The notes beneath the pieces are model-generated. The model did no database searches. It saw only the letters and a list, made by a program, of their open reading frames with translations, and was not told the origin of the DNA. Shown in pieces: positions 23,943-38,214 of a stretch of 64,000 nt of DNA (positions within the stretch are counted from its first letter, which is position 1; each line of letters begins with the position of its first letter). The stretch covers positions 37,882,001 through 37,946,000 of the forward strand of contig OZ024743.1 of NCBI GenBank assembly GCA_964016885.1, read 5' to 3'. Made by a program: the position numbers and the translations under genes. This DNA is from Eledone cirrhosa (Eukaryota).

Positions 23943-26259
23943 TCTGACGAAACTGGTAACTTTTACCATATGGATAACGATAAATATTACCAGGTCATAT
24001 ATCAAGAACTTAGAAAAAACTATAAGAAATAAAATACCACCGCAATAACATCCTTGAACAACATATCATGTGATATAGTAAAAAATCTCCAGATTGAAGA
24101 TAGGACTGAGCCTTTCACGCCTAAAAGCCCGCACTTCAACCTGAAAGACCATAAATCTGACTTTAACTCGAACCCATCTATTAGACTGATATGCCCATCA
24201 AAATCTGATATCGGTAATATCAGCAAAAAGATTATTGATCGTATCATTCCGCAAATTAGAAAATTTGTAACACTTCCACTATGGGGTAACACTTCCCAAG
24301 TTATTGAATGGTTCACTAGCATTGGGAATAAAAACGCAGCTTCATTCATTCAATTCGACATCGATTCTTACTATTCTTCGATTTCTCCAATTCTTTTAAA
24401 CAAAGCACTGATCTTTGCCAGAAATAGATCGGATTTATTTACTGAGGAAATCAACATCAAACCTCACGCTAGAAAAACCTTACTAAACTTCCAGGAAGAA
24501 TACTGGACAAGAAACACATATAACAACTTATTCGATATTACGATGGGATCCATGGACTCTGCTCATGTTACAGACCTCGTTGGACTATTTCTCCTCTATA
24601 ACATTCATGACTCTTTTCCCCACCTCAAAGGTGGTCTTTATCGGGATGATTAGCTATTGTTATCTAACAATCTTAGCTATTCCAATATAGATAAAAACAA
24701 AAAAACAAATTAGAAAATTTCTCAAGGACTATTACAGCCTTAGCATCACTTTTGAAAACACTTCAAAAGTAGCTAATTTCCTTGACGTTACCTTAGACCT
24801 CTCTACGAATACTTATCTACCTTACCACTAACCTAACCAGAATCTACATTATGTACATTCACGATCTAACCACCCTGGTTCTATACTCAAGAACTTAGTA
24901 TATAACATATGTCTTAGACTTTCTAACTTATCTTCCAATGAAGATATATTTTATAATAATGCACCCTTATACAACGAGGCCTTAACTAGAAGTGGATATA
25001 AAGAAAACATCTCATATATCCCCAACATTACTATGGACCAAAACATAAAACCTAGCAAAAACTACAAACACCAAAAAATACCATTGACACAAATACCTAA
25101 AGTGGTTATGCCTATAACACCAAACAACCGAAAAACCATAACAACTATTACTACACGATCTATGACCAATGTTATCAACCCACATATGAATACCAAGCAC
25201 TCAAAATCTCACAATCTAACCAAAAATAACACCAAATACAACCACGGTAATTTACCAATTTCCACAAATAAGGATACTAACCATAGGAATATTATTGTGT
25301 TGTGTTCTTCTAGAACACAACACAATATTATAAGTGGTAATAAAAACTTAACTAAAAACCGCAAAAGAAATATAACTTGGTACAACGCACCCTTCAACCT
25401 GCAAACTATTGGACAAATCCCCCAAAAAATCTTTGAAATTCTACATAAACATTTTCCACCAAACCACAGATACCACCAACTATTTAACAAATATACTGTT
25501 AAATTCTCATACTCTACATCAAGCAATCTCCAGCAAAAATTAAGCAACTACAACATTTATAAACTTAAAAATAATATGACTACACCACCACAACATAATT
25601 TAAATAGGACTGCACCTTTTAAAAAGGCAAATAATACAATCCTTCAACTTAGAAAACACAACCACCCAGATAACCAACACAAAAACAACAGAACACAAAA
25701 TCACAATACAACCCTAGCACCAAACCACCCACAAAGCAACCTTCATTCTCCTGCTATCATTAATTACAATAGGAATAGCTCAATGATTAATGAGAATAGT
25801 AAAGGCCCCACCAACAACCATCTTACGTAGGGCTGTAATTGCAGAAATAGAAGCATTTGCCCCTTAAATGGCAATTGTTTGATGAATAATGTAATATATA
25901 AATGCACTGTGTCTACTACAGACTCCAACAAAACATATATAGGATCTACATGAAATACATTTAAGAAACGATTTTATGCACACTCCAGTAGTTTCAACAA
26001 TACTAAACTAGCTAACACCACATCTTTAGCTGAAGCGGTAAATAATTATAAAAAGAAAAAAATAGATTTCAAGTTATCGTGGAACACCATTCTACAAAGA
26101 ACTCCATATCTTGGGAACAGGGGGGAATGCAGATTATGTTCAGGGAAGATCTTGGAAATTACTAAATCTAAGCACGATTTATTAAATAAAAGGCAGGAAC
26201 TGAACATAGTTTGTAATCACCGTATACGAAGAACATTTAAATACTATAAACCTAATTAA
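23940..26259 (+). mobile_element. Naiad-type Penelope-like element 1 (RT + Cys linker + C-terminal GIY-YIG), decayed
   Basis: LKDHK..F..NP..RLICPSKSDIG, FIQFDIDSYY, FDITMGS, GGLYRDD, FLDVTLDL, SNHP, ITWYNAPF, CNCRNRSICPLNGNCL, VIYKC..YIGST, CRLC..LLNKRQE..CNH. Several stops. Confidence 0.9.
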
Positions 26260-26454
26260 ATAATATAAACCTAATAAAATATTCTAAATAGCAACTCACT
26301 ATAATTCTATATAAAGTAACCTTTATTAGTACCCCTTTGCCCTAATTGTATGCATTCATGCTTATTTTTTATCTTTTAATGTTTTAGCTTCCTTAGGTTT
26401 ATGCGTTAATGACTAAAGGCAACAAGGTACACAACCACCCGTAATTGCATGAGT

Positions 26455-26686
26455 AAATATATATATATATGTATGATATGGAAATATATTTATGTGTGTG
26501 TATATATATATATATATTTATGTATGTGTATATACGTATGTATATATATATATATATGTATATGTATGTGTGTGTGTGTATGTGTGTATCTATATATATG
26601 AGTGTTTGTGTATATGTGAGTATAGGTGTATGAGTGTTTATATATGAGTATGTACATGTATGCGGAGTGTACATACACACACACAC

Positions 26687-26718
<32 letters not shown>

Positions 26719-26846
26719 ATGTACACTCCGCATACATGTACACACCTATACCCACATATATACATATATACATATACACACATATACATACATATATATA
26801 TACACATATAAATATATATATATATACACACATACATATATATATA

Positions 26847-26891
<45 letters not shown>

Positions 26892-27060
26892 GTTTATATA
26901 TATATATGTATATATATGTGTCTATATGTATATATGTATATATGTGGGTATAAGTGTGTATGTGTGGATATAGATATGTATGGATATGTGTGTATATGAT
27001 TATGTGCATATATGTAAATGTGTATTTAGGTTTGCATCTATTTGTGCGTATGTGTATTTC
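26455..27060. repeat. (TA/TG/CA) mosaic microsatellite downstream of Naiad 1, with internal palindromes
   Basis: Seen directly; palindrome centred near 26695. Confidence 0.85.
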
Positions 27061-27868
27061 TGGTTGGATATCAATTTAACTGTACCTCTCTCTATATATA
27101 GTGTGGATATATGCAATTTGTAATCTATGAAATTTATGTGTTTTAACTATGCCAGCATGTATTTATCTGAGTTTGATTATTTATGCATAAACATTCTTGA
27201 TAGTATTTTAGAGCGTATTATATGTTGTATTATACTAAGTGCAATTTACCACACCGTACTATATTGTGTTGGTTAAGTTATATATTATCGCATTACTGTA
27301 TTTCATTATCTTATTATAATTTTCATCTTTTAATATACTATCTTTCCTAGCCATAACTTTAATTTATATTCACCTAAAAATTCAATACAACACTAATCAC
27401 CATTTATTTTGACATTCTTTTTAACTTCACTATACCAGATACATTCAACTATCAGTTTCACAATCCTTTTCCTCCTAATAGATTATTTATGCCAATTCTA
27501 CTATTAACACGATTCAACCATTCCTTTCAAAGGGTCATGACCTCAACTAAAGTCTATTAGTTTTCATCTTAACACCATATGAAAAAAACAATTTGATTCG
27601 TTAATTCTTCAACTAACTCAAAATAAGGACATGATACTAACATACTACTAATTCTAAATAAAATGATTATTGAATAAAATTATTATTGCTTTTGAAAACA
27701 GCTGGTGATATGCATGTAAGTAAATATTCTCTTTATCTAATATTTTGTAACTAAGCTTACATAGATTAATAACGGAGTATAGCTACAATGTATTATCATC
27801 ATCTAGAAACGATCGTAAAGCCGTGAAGTATATCGCTAATGACTCGATTTTTTATTTCATTGTTTTAA

Positions 27869-27906
<38 letters not shown>

Positions 27907-27909
<3 letters not shown>

Positions 27910-28159
27910 TAGCGAGGTTTTTTATATGAAATCGTGTGTCGAAACAGATATTGTTATATTTGGGGAGGGTCATATTTGCGTAATATTGCCAGAATTAATA
28001 ACAGAACACACTCACTGTTTGGTTGGTTTTCGCTTCTCGCTGTCTTTTATATCTGCGATCTAACTTACTCGGTCCTCAATGTTGCCATTGCCAATGGCAA
28101 CATTGTTATTAATTCTGGCAATATTACGCAAATATGACCCTCCCCAAATATAACAATAT
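27907..28159 (-). mobile_element. Fold-back element, family A'
   Basis: Unpaired tail 27907-27947, arms ~27948-28003 and ~28104-28159, and inner palindrome aatgttgccattg-c-caatggcaacatt; in (TA)n. Confidence 0.85.
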
Positions 28160-29162
28160 ATATATATATAACGAAGAAAGTGTGATAAGGAACTAGGTGG
28201 ACCATAACGCACCAGAGTACTCGATACTTAGGGTAGTAGAGTGGGTAATAAGAAAAGAGTCAGGACCCCGAAGGCTGAGCTCCGGCCGTTTTTACAGTTA
28301 GATCCGAACGCAAGTAGTCTTACTTTCAGTGTAGATTGTCTTTACTTCTATATTTTGATATGTCTTAGTGCACACTTATCTGTGCATGAATATATTCCAA
28401 TCATTTTCTTATAAGGCTCGATTTTATTCTTTGAATTCTAATTGAGCTGTTATTAGAGAAAAGACATATGTTTGATTTTGACACCTTTTACTTTGAAAGT
28501 AATAATAATGATATGTCTGCTCCTTACGTGGTGAGCTGTTTATCGTCGAGAGGTTGGACTGCTATTTCTAGTGCACGAGAACCCTTCATGTCATTGGGAG
28601 TGCTTAAATTTATGTGGTGATACCATGTGTGTTTAGCCACTTTCAATCCTGCATTGAGTGAGTTTAGATGATTTTGAAATTCCCTCGCTGATGATCCATT
28701 TCAAAATATCTAATTTATTGGGTGAAATGTATTCTGATTTTGTGGGGAATACATATGAGGGAAATATATTTGATCGTTATCAGGTATTGTGTTTTAATTT
28801 TTCTAATTAAATATAATAAGAGACTCCCCGAATTATGTAGCCTAACTTTTAGTATATACATATATATATATATATATTAATTCAAATATTAACAAAATAA
28901 ATATTCGTGTGATCAATTAAATTGTATTATACATATTGCAGAGGTACTGAATCAAGTTCAACACTACGTCCACATCAGAAAAAATAAAATGCTACATGAC
29001 ATACCCTGACATGTTAGATGGTTAAGATTTAATCAAGGTAGTGATTAACTATTAATTACTCTGGAAATATCCACTGTAGAGTGCTTCCAATCTACTGTAA
29101 AACACATTCTTTGATGTACTCATTGAATCTTGTTATTAATAAATTAAATAATCAGAGCAAAA

Positions 29163-29927
29163 TACTATAAAGTAAAGCAAGTCCATAGAATTATTTGATA
29201 ACATCACTTCAACTCCCAATTAGCATAATTAACCACACACAAAAATCAATTACACGAGGCTATAAGATTAAAAAGCACCTATGAAGAAACAGTAAATAAA
29301 TATACCATAGCAGCGTCTTCGCGGCCAACCGCCATAACATTTCTATCCAAGATTTCAACAGCACGTGGAAATTAATTAAATATACGGTCAACCATACACA
29401 ATTAGGTATAAAATTAAAGTTAGAAATGCTTATATACATACCAGGATTAAATCACTAAATCCCTACCATGGTGTCGTTCGTATTTTGAGATATCCTATTA
29501 AGGATAAACCTCGAGTATCGAACTCGTCAGGGGACAAACTCGCTAGGACAGATTTTTTTCCGAAGTGGTCCCCGCCAAACAAGAATTCAAAATCTCAAAA
29601 TACGAACGACACCATGGTAGGGATTTAGTGATTTAATCCTGGTATGTATATAAGCATTTCTAACTTTAATGTTATACCTAATTGTGAATGGTTGACCGTA
29701 TATTTAATTAATTTCCACGTGCTGTTGAAATGTTGGATAGATATTTTATGGCGGTTGGCCGCGAAGAGGCTGCTATGGTATATTTATTTACTGTTTCTTC
29801 ATAGGTGCTTTTTAATCTTATAGCCTGGTCTAATTGATTTATTGTGTGGTTAATTATGCTAATTGGAAGTTGAAGTTATGTATATATATTATCAAATAAT
29901 TCTATGGACTTGCTTTACTTTATAGTA
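29163..29927. mobile_element. Fold-back element, family C (copy 2)
   Basis: Arms ~29163-29491 and ~29592-29927 with a ~100-bp spacer. Shares ctcccaatt, accacaca, cgaggctataag and tatgaagaaa with 609-806. Confidence 0.88.
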
Positions 29928-29992
<65 letters not shown>

Positions 29993-29993
29993 C

Positions 29994-30870
29994 TTATCTC
30001 CCGTTGTATAGCGAGGTATGAGAGTCCAACAGTTGTCTCAGTTTAGTATTTATTGTTATCTCTAAATAACACTTTACCGCAGCTGATGATTTACACATAA
30101 AGCTGCATTTATTGCAGATGACAGGATTCTGACCGAAGCAGGATGAAATATTAGACCTGATCTTGGTGTTAGAATTTAGATCAGGTAGATGGATGAATCG
30201 ATACTTTTCATACTTCTTTTTTTCTTTCATCACATACATTTCTCCATTTTCCACAATCAGCAGATATGGCTTGAAAAGAAGTATGATGTATGTTCTTAGA
30301 TTTAAGAGTGTACCTCAGTTTATCATTGAATATGAGTAATGATCTGTGTACATTAAGTGCACTGTTAAGAGGTTGACTGTTTAACTGTACTTTCGGTGTG
30401 TGATCTTCACTCATCCGTAGGACATGACTAGACCATCTGAGGTGGGGCTATCACAGAAAAGCTACAATCCCACTGATGTTGCACCTCATGAAGAGACCGG
30501 CGTTGGAGAGTCTATGAGAAAGTGCATAATCACATATAGAGTTAATACAATCCCCGTAAAAAAACAAAGCTTTTAAATGTGGGTGCGATAGTGTGTCCAT
30601 GGCTCCTTGCTATACAAGAGGGCTTTTAGCACCATTGCACGGTAAACTGCAATTTTCTTTTTCAGGGATATAACTCTGACATCCCATAGATGATGACATG
30701 GATTAAAATAAGCGTCAGTTGCTGTAGAGATGCGATTGACGATCTCATTATCAAAGGATGCAGAGCTACTTACCTTGCTGCCAAGGTAAGTAAATGTGTT
30801 CACCTAGTTCAGATCCTTACCATAAACTTTGATGGGAACCGGTTTTTAGTGGTATGTTTCAAATCATTTG
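29994..30870 (-). mobile_element. RTE-clade LINE 3' fragment, decayed
   Basis: FTYLGSKVS..DNEIVNRISTA..LW..ISLKKKIAVYRAMVLKALLY..PWT, plus a terminal CxxC motif. Confidence 0.8.
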
Positions 30871-30876
30871 CCTAAG

Positions 30877-33322
30877 TTATGTCCATGATATTGTTTTATC
30901 CTTGATATCCTGTGTATTTATCTTAAACTGACCATGCATTCTCATTCCTAGAATAATCTTACTTTTCCGTTCTGCTTTTTGGTTACACTCTTCATTTCCA
31001 ACCATTTTTACTGCATTTATATCCATATATTCTGTAGCATATTGCAACAACTCTCCATCACCTTGTACCACATATTCTGCAAGCGTTCTCCTCTCATACC
31101 GTATATAATGGTACACTCTGACGAGGCCTCTGCCGCCTATATTTCTCTTCATCTATAGTTTATTAATATTTGCTACAAGGGTATAAGGCTCCGGAGAATG
31201 TCATTCATTTTCTCGTCTTTCTATCCAATTTTGATATTTCTTCATCAGTCCATCTCAGAATAGATGCCCTGTAACTAACCACTGACACCGCCATATATTC
31301 ATTGATGAGATCAGCTTTCTCGCATTCAAGCCGGATTTTAAAATCATTTTTATTCTTTTTAAATATATCCTTTTAAACCTTTCGTTCATTTCTGCAAAAT
31401 ACCACCTAGGTTTATGATTCCCAAATATTTATAACCATTATCTTAATGTTCCCCCGTGGTTTTTCCGTATGGCAGTCGTAATCAACTACAGGCTGTTTTC
31501 TTCCATCTTTCCACATCTTTTTTGTTGATTAATGAACATTTAGAGATATAAAATTCCATACCTATGTGGCAGCTACCTAGCCGGGCTATTTTAACCAAAG
31601 AGTCAGTTTGGATTTCAGACTTCCCAAACAATTTCAGGTCATCCTCAAACCTAAAGTGCTTTAAGAATGGCCCTTGCTTTCCTAATTAGTAGCCCAATTT
31701 TATTTCTTTGAACTTGAGTGCTATAGGTATCAGTGCTATAATAAATAGTAACAGAAAGACGTTGCTTGAGTACATCTTGGTTTTCTACTCCGACATACTA
31801 TTCAGTACAAACTTTTCAATACCGGCCATCAGCAGATATTCACCAATCCAAGAATGTGGCACCATATCATATCCCTTCTTAGATACAATCCAGGTCATAG
31901 GCATCTTTGTGCGTTGTTTTTTTACAATCATTCAAAACTGTTTTATCAATAATCAGGTGATCCTTGATAATCTTGGACTCCTACATTCTTTCACATCTAC
32001 TGTGAATATGGCAATATATCTTAGTATATTTTCCCCTGCCAATTCTGTCTTGATGTCGCCAATCCATTTGGCATCCTTCCCATGCTTTTTCCCTCGGTAG
32101 TATTCGTTCCTGTGACGGAAAAGCATGTCTTCCCTGCAAATATACCAGTGTGAAACTTCCATATTATGTTTAGGCCTGCTATAAGGCGATAGCATTCCCC
32201 TTACTTTCTATGTTTTATCACAACCGCTGGTCTCCAGTATTGCGTCTTTGCGCCTTGATCTTTCACAACTACTGTGATTATGGCAGTACCTCTTTGTATA
32301 TTTTCCCCTGGTAACTCTGTTTTAATGTTGACTCTCCATTTGGAATCCTTTCTATGCTTCATGCTGTCTCCACATATCCCATTACTATCAGTTCATTCCA
32401 AGGTGCGGAACAATTATTTTCCATTATTTTGGAACAATCTATTTTCCTCGGACTGCATATTTCAATTTAAATAGCTCCTTAACTTCTTGCGTTTCGAGAA
32501 AATTTTGTTTTAGCTTAACAATTATTGAATGGAATCCACTCTTCCCTAATTTATATATCTTGTCTAGTGCTTCTCGATCCGCATTTTCTAAATTTTCCAT
32601 TTTCCTCTAAACCATTGCACAATTTTACTTACATCCAGCCTTAACCGCATTATTGCATTTTCAAAGCGCCTTTAACATTATGATTCATTTGCGTTACTCT
32701 GCTTAGTGCTCGTCATTCGCATTTGTTCCTCTGCAAAAAGTGCAACATCTTGCATAAGGTTCCTAGTTTGTGTTTTGTTATTTGTCTGGATGTGTTGTAA
32801 GACAGAATTTACATTTGTTTTTAGTTTCACTTATCATCCTCCTATCTAGCCTATCGGAATTCGTTCTTCTGAGTTATTTAACAAACCTATAAACCAGCTA
32901 CGTAACTCGAGTACCTCATCATTCAAGTGACTCCCTCCTCTTGAATCACCATTCTTATCGTCATCCATACCAGGGTGCAATGAATAACATTCCCCTTCAG
33001 CAGCCCTAACATGCCCATCATAATCTCTTTACCCCTGCTGCCCAATTATCTACTCAGCTCTTGCTCAAGATCTCCCTTTCTTGATCAATCTGTAGCGTTC
33101 AGTAACTCGAGATATTTCTACCCCAGATAACCAATTATTCCTCATATTTACCCTCACTTGATACCATGGTTGACATTCAGACATCTCAAACATATTCTTT
33201 TCTATCCAAACGTTCACAGTTGGTCGTCCTACTCCACAACTTCCTCCCAGTTTTGATCTTTCACGACATTCAATCAGTGTAGCGTAATCCTCCTTCGCCC
33301 ATTGGCGTCTGGCTACGCGCAC
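30877..33322 (-). mobile_element. Old R4/Dong-clade element, heavily decayed
   Basis: RRQWAKEDYATLIEC N-terminus, GGRGL..MHGQF, and remnants of KGYDMV and FEDDLKLFG. Confidence 0.75.
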
Positions 33323-33480
33323 ATTCTGTGTGTGATCTGTTGTGTGGTAACAATTGTCCGGATCCAGATCACCACCTCAGTTTTTTGGGCTCAAAATATA
33401 AGACACGCGGGAAGTTCACGGAGATTGGTTCTAGCTTCATTCCCGCTATTTAATATTTCATTATTGTCTTGCAAAACAAT

Positions 33481-33668
33481 GGGGGAATTGGCAGTATCGG
33501 TAGAGGTTTGGACGCCATGCGTTCTAGCATAGTTACGTCCCTTTACGGTCTGAGTTCAAATCCGGTCGAGGTTAACTTTTCCTTTCTTCCTTATGGGGTC
33601 GATAAAATAAAGTAGCAGTAATGTACTGAGTAATTGCTGGCCTTGTGCCAAAAGTAGAAACAATTATT
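33481..33668 (+). mobile_element. tRNA-derived SINE (octopus-type)
   Basis: Box A-like tggcagtatcggtagag, box B-like gagttcaaatcc, body cttatggggtcgataaaataaag; several copies in the window. Confidence 0.8.
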
Positions 33669-34129
33669 GTCTTGCAGCACGATTCTACGAGATCGGTTTT
33701 GTTTGGGGTTTTTTCCCTCCCCGCAGGTGTTTTTATAGAGACACCTTCTCTATGTAACCTGCCTCGCCAGCCTAAAGTGTGTCTTTATCAGTATTGGTCT
33801 CAACACCATCTCTACCACCGTCATCAACACCGTCATTAATATCAGTACTACCGTTATTATCGTCATCGCTATAATTATCTTCATCCCTGTCACTACCATC
33901 ACAGGTACCGCTACCACTGTAGTTGTGGTACCATTGCGTTGTGGTATTTTTAATTACAACAACAACAACAGAGACCAGTGCAAAGAGCAAGTGATCGGTA
34001 TTTGTCTGCCTTCTTCTCAAACACATTGCGGGCAGCGAAGCCTGAGATATGGGCCGAGCAGCAAGTTTGGAGACGAAGAAGGAGTCGCTGCACGACGTAA
34101 AATCTCTTATCCCTCAGCCTCTGCTCTAC

Positions 34130-34235
34130 AGACACCTATAGATAACTAGAACGTACCAACTTTATCTGACATTTGCTGATAATTTCATACGAATGAAACA
34201 TTTCTAGTCATGTAGAAGTCGTGTCTATAATAAAG
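34130..34235 (+). mobile_element. Decayed Naiad terminal-repeat/HHR relic
   Basis: ctgataatttcatacgaatgaaacatttctagtcatgtagaag resembles 48901-48943 with a mutated core. Confidence 0.6.
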
Positions 34236-34492
34236 ATGGCTATATTGATTATCATTTTTTAATTGTAGTTACTCCCGACATAACTCGAGAAAATATTGTG
34301 TGAGTGTGTGTTTATGTGTGTGTTTGTGTGTGTGTGTGTGTTTGTGTATCAGTATACATATAGGAACTGTTCCATCAATAATAACATATTGCACTAAGAA
34401 TATATAAGTTGAAGGTATAAATATTGGAAACATATTAACTCATGTGATCTAATCATGCCTCATTTAGAAATGTATATGCACACATATATACA

Positions 34493-34543
<51 letters not shown>

Positions 34544-34863
34544 ACACATACATATATATGTATGTGTATGTATATATATATATATATTTATGTGTATATA
34601 TTTATTCATATATATATATATATATACATAGGGGCGATGGAATCATTTCTGAATTAGGGTGGGGGAAAATTTGGCCAATTTAGTTGTAGCGATTAGTGTA
34701 GCTCTTTGCAGTCGAAAATAATCAGAAAACTTCGATATGCAATGAACATAACATGTACATAAATTGTAGCTCATATTCAAATAGATGTGTTTTGGTAGTT
34801 TGGAGAGAAAATACAATTATTGGAGGGGCGAATGCCCCCCTCCTCCCAGTTCCAATTCCACTG

Positions 34864-34898
<35 letters not shown>

Positions 34899-35519
34899 TT
34901 ATGCTTTTCTTAGGGGTTAATATATCGAGCTTCTTCACATTTGGTAAGAAATTGGTATTATACCCAATTTATTTATCTCTCTCTATATATACATCCCTCT
35001 ATATATATACATTCATCTATTATGGCTATTGGTGAGCTTTGTTACTGTAAAGTTTCCCCTCGCACTCATAGGATCACCAGTCTTGTCTGGTGAGTACGCA
35101 GGGGAGACTCCAGAGTAACAAGGATTAGCCATAATAAATGAATATTAAAACTCTACTTCGGCATTGAGTTTTTATTCATACGTGCTTTAATAATTCACGT
35201 ATTCTGATGTCTTGAATAATCGACCAACCACCACGCTTATTAATTTGTCAGATCTCCCCTCCCCTCCTATTAAATTTTGCTAATCTATCTCCGGCGAAAT
35301 TTTATTGTAAGTGATTCATATTGTTACAGCAGCTGGCGAATCTAATAATAATTCTATCTTACATTAAAAAAACTTTATATTTGACAAAAGAACATTACAA
35401 GAACTCACATATTTACAAACGTACACTATAATATCACTGATTTCCAAAGACCCCACCTCCCAACCCCCCCACATCACGAGCACCACTATTATTGCTACCC
35501 TTCCTACTATTTAACACCC

Positions 35520-36170
35520 GAGAGTGCCACCAAACTCTCCTCCTCTCTATCTCTATCACACAAAACTCCCTTTTAATTCCCCTCTCTATATCAACTAAAA
35601 CCAAACTCTACCCCTCTGTATATCTACCACGACACCACCTCTCTTATCCCAATCTCAATATGTAAGACACTCTCCCACTCTCTATAAATATCGACACTTA
35701 TCTCTCCCAATCTCCCCATGTATATCAATCACTCCTAAACTCTCCCCCTCTCTATATCTACTACGCGGCACTCTCCCATTATCCCTCTCTGTATATCTAA
35801 AACCACCAAATTCTCCCTCTTTCTATATCTACTACAGGGATCTCTCTTCCAACCCCCTCTTTATATCAATTAACAACCAAAATCTGGCCCTCTCTATATC
35901 TACTGCAAGACATTTTCTTCCAAAACCTTTCTCTATATCAATTTTACCAAAGCTCTCCCCCCTAACTATATCTACTACACGGAACTCCCTCCTAGCCCAG
36001 GTTTCTATATCAATTAACACCAAACTCCCCCCCCCCCCTCTCTATATCAATTTACAACAAACTTTCACCCTTTCTATATCTTCTACACAGAACTCTCTGA
36101 CAATACCCCTCTCTATATCATTAAACATAAATCTCCCTCCCTCTCTATATCTGATATACAGCACCTCCAC
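35520..36170. repeat. Degenerate minisatellite, ~35-bp units alternating as a ~70-bp dimer
   Basis: Recurrent ctctatatcaa.. and ctctatatcta.. motifs. Confidence 0.75.
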
Positions 36171-36277
36171 TCTCTCTCTCTCTATATATATATATTATAT
36201 ATATATATATATATTATACTATATTATATTTTGAGATTAAACTCTCAGTCGTTTACATTATATATTATATATATATA

Positions 36278-36350
<73 letters not shown>

Positions 36351-36449
36351 TAATCATATATATATAATTATAATCATATAGTTAAAATAATTTGTAATAC
36401 GCACACACTCACACACATATTTCTGTGTATATATATACATCAACACACA

Positions 36450-36660
36450 TTAAAACAGAAACAGACTCATAAAATTCAAAAAGACTTTGGACAAATTCCT
36501 TCAAGAAAACCCGGATAAACTCCTACACTCAGATGTGTCTCCGTAAACAATAACTCTCTATTTGAATAGCCCATAGTTTACAAATCGTGATTTGAAAGAC
36601 TACGCCAGGTGGTGCTATCAAGTTAGACATGGTCTGGGTTAATGCTGGCCGAAGCATCAA
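36450..36660 (+). mobile_element. 3' end fragment of the CR1-like LINE family
   Basis: ccaggtggtgctatcaagttagacatggtctggg matches the reverse complement of ~57180-57400. Confidence 0.75.
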
Positions 36661-37324
36661 TATATATACTAGTTGGCCAGTCGGGCTGGCGCCCGGTTAC
36701 CATTGGTGTGTTCTACGACATCCATATATATATATATACAGCTGACGTACCTAGCTTCGCTTGGATAAACAGACGATAAGCCGTCTGTGTTGTATAGTAT
36801 TACTGTTGAATACGTATATTATAGTATTACTGTTGAAAATATGTACACGAATATATAATTATATATATATATGTGTGTTTAATGGTAGCTATGATGCTTC
36901 CATAGGCGGTATGCCAGTTGAACACTCTATGTTCTTACAGAGAAGAGTGTGATATTATAAACGAAAAATAAGATACATCTGATACATCTCACGAGAAAAT
37001 TTGTTCCGAAAGTATTGCCTGTGTCCGACGAACCTGCAGCTCTAGAATCAGACAGATCCATACAATGATCATGTCTCGAGCTATCTGCCGGCCAAACAAT
37101 TGTAACACACAATAAACTGAGTCCAGATGCATCACTGATTTTTCGTTTTATATTATAATTATAATTATATATATATAATTAATTAAAAGTTGGTTAGAAG
37201 CGAAGTCAATGCAGACAGGTAGACATACAGACAGATATTAAAAGCGCGCGGTGTTATAGCTATGTATCTATCTAAAAAGACAGAGTAAACAAGAGAGAGG
37301 AGTGTCGTATTATAAATATCATAT

Positions 37325-37390
37325 AGAATAAAGTACCATTAATCTACTGGGATAATTGCTGGCCTTGTGCCAAAAGTTGAAACAATTATA
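37325..37390 (+). mobile_element. SINE 3' fragment
   Basis: aataaagtacca..actgggataattgctggccttgtgccaaaag, as at 53893-53955. Confidence 0.7.
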
Positions 37391-37512
37391 GTTCTTTTTT
37401 ATACAACTGTAAATAACATGTTTATGTATGTATATATACGTATAAAGGAATAAAATGTACAAATTAAACTGTCTCTTATTTATGATATCAACACTATATA
37501 TATATATATATA

Positions 37513-38173
37513 TTTCGTTTCTGAATTTGTTTAGCAAGATTCTTTATCTGAAATCGTGTGTTGAAACCGATATTGTTATACTTTGGGAGGGTCATGTTGC
37601 CAATAAGAAACACACGCACCAGTTGCTTTCACTTCAATTTATTATATATTTATAAAATTTATAAATTTATATATTTATAATTTTATAAATTTCTGGTTGG
37701 TTCCACAACCAGATAATTGTTTATATATAGTCATAGTTCTTTCGTCACATACTCTGTGACCTCTTCAGTGACTGGGGATTCCTTTCTTTGTTTCTGTGCC
37801 TCTCCTTTGTTCTGTCCTACGCCATTTTGTTTCTGTGTGTGTTGTGTGCTCAGTCTGCGCATGCGCCACATCCGGATGTCTGTGTGTGTTTATGTTCACA
37901 ACACACACACAGAAACAAAATGGCGTAGGACAGAACAAAGGAGAGGCACAGAAACAAAGAAAGGAATTCCCAGTCACTGAAGAGGTCACAGAGTGTGTGA
38001 CGAAAGAACTATGACTATATATAAACAACTATCTGGTTGTGGAACCAACCAGAAATTTATAAAATTATAAATTTATAAATTTATAAATTTATAAATATAT
38101 AATAAATTGAAGTGAAAGCAAATGGTGCGTGTGTTTCTTATTGGCAACATGACCCTCCCAAAGTATAACAATA
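37513..38173 (-). mobile_element. Fold-back element, family A, with an HHR in each arm
   Basis: Tail 37513-37569, arms ~37570-37846 and ~37897-38173; in (TA)n. Confidence 0.92.
37972..38016 (+). ncRNA. Minimal type I hammerhead candidate (mirror copy 37729-37773 on minus)
   Basis: AGTCA-CTGAAGA-G-GTCACA(gagtg)TGTGAC-GAAA-GAAC-TA-TGACT; stem III is very short. Confidence 0.65.
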
Positions 38174-38214
38174 TATATATACACTTTTATATATATATAT
38201 TTATATGTATATAT

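Noticed and set aside
25951-25953. In-frame TGA after YIGST in Naiad 1 as possible selenocysteine (some Naiads encode selenoproteins)
   Set aside because: It aligns to Ser in Naiad 2, not a conserved Cys. The copy also has TAG/TAA stops and frameshifts, and I identified no SECIS.
27702-27825. ctggtga..gaaacgatcgta as a decayed HHR ending Naiad 1
   Set aside because: The palindromic stem III is suggestive, but the core is mutated and stems I and II cannot be built convincingly.
36665-36770. Helitron/Helentron-like termini (tactagtt..gggctggcgccc)
   Set aside because: Too short and degenerate, with no matching other end found.
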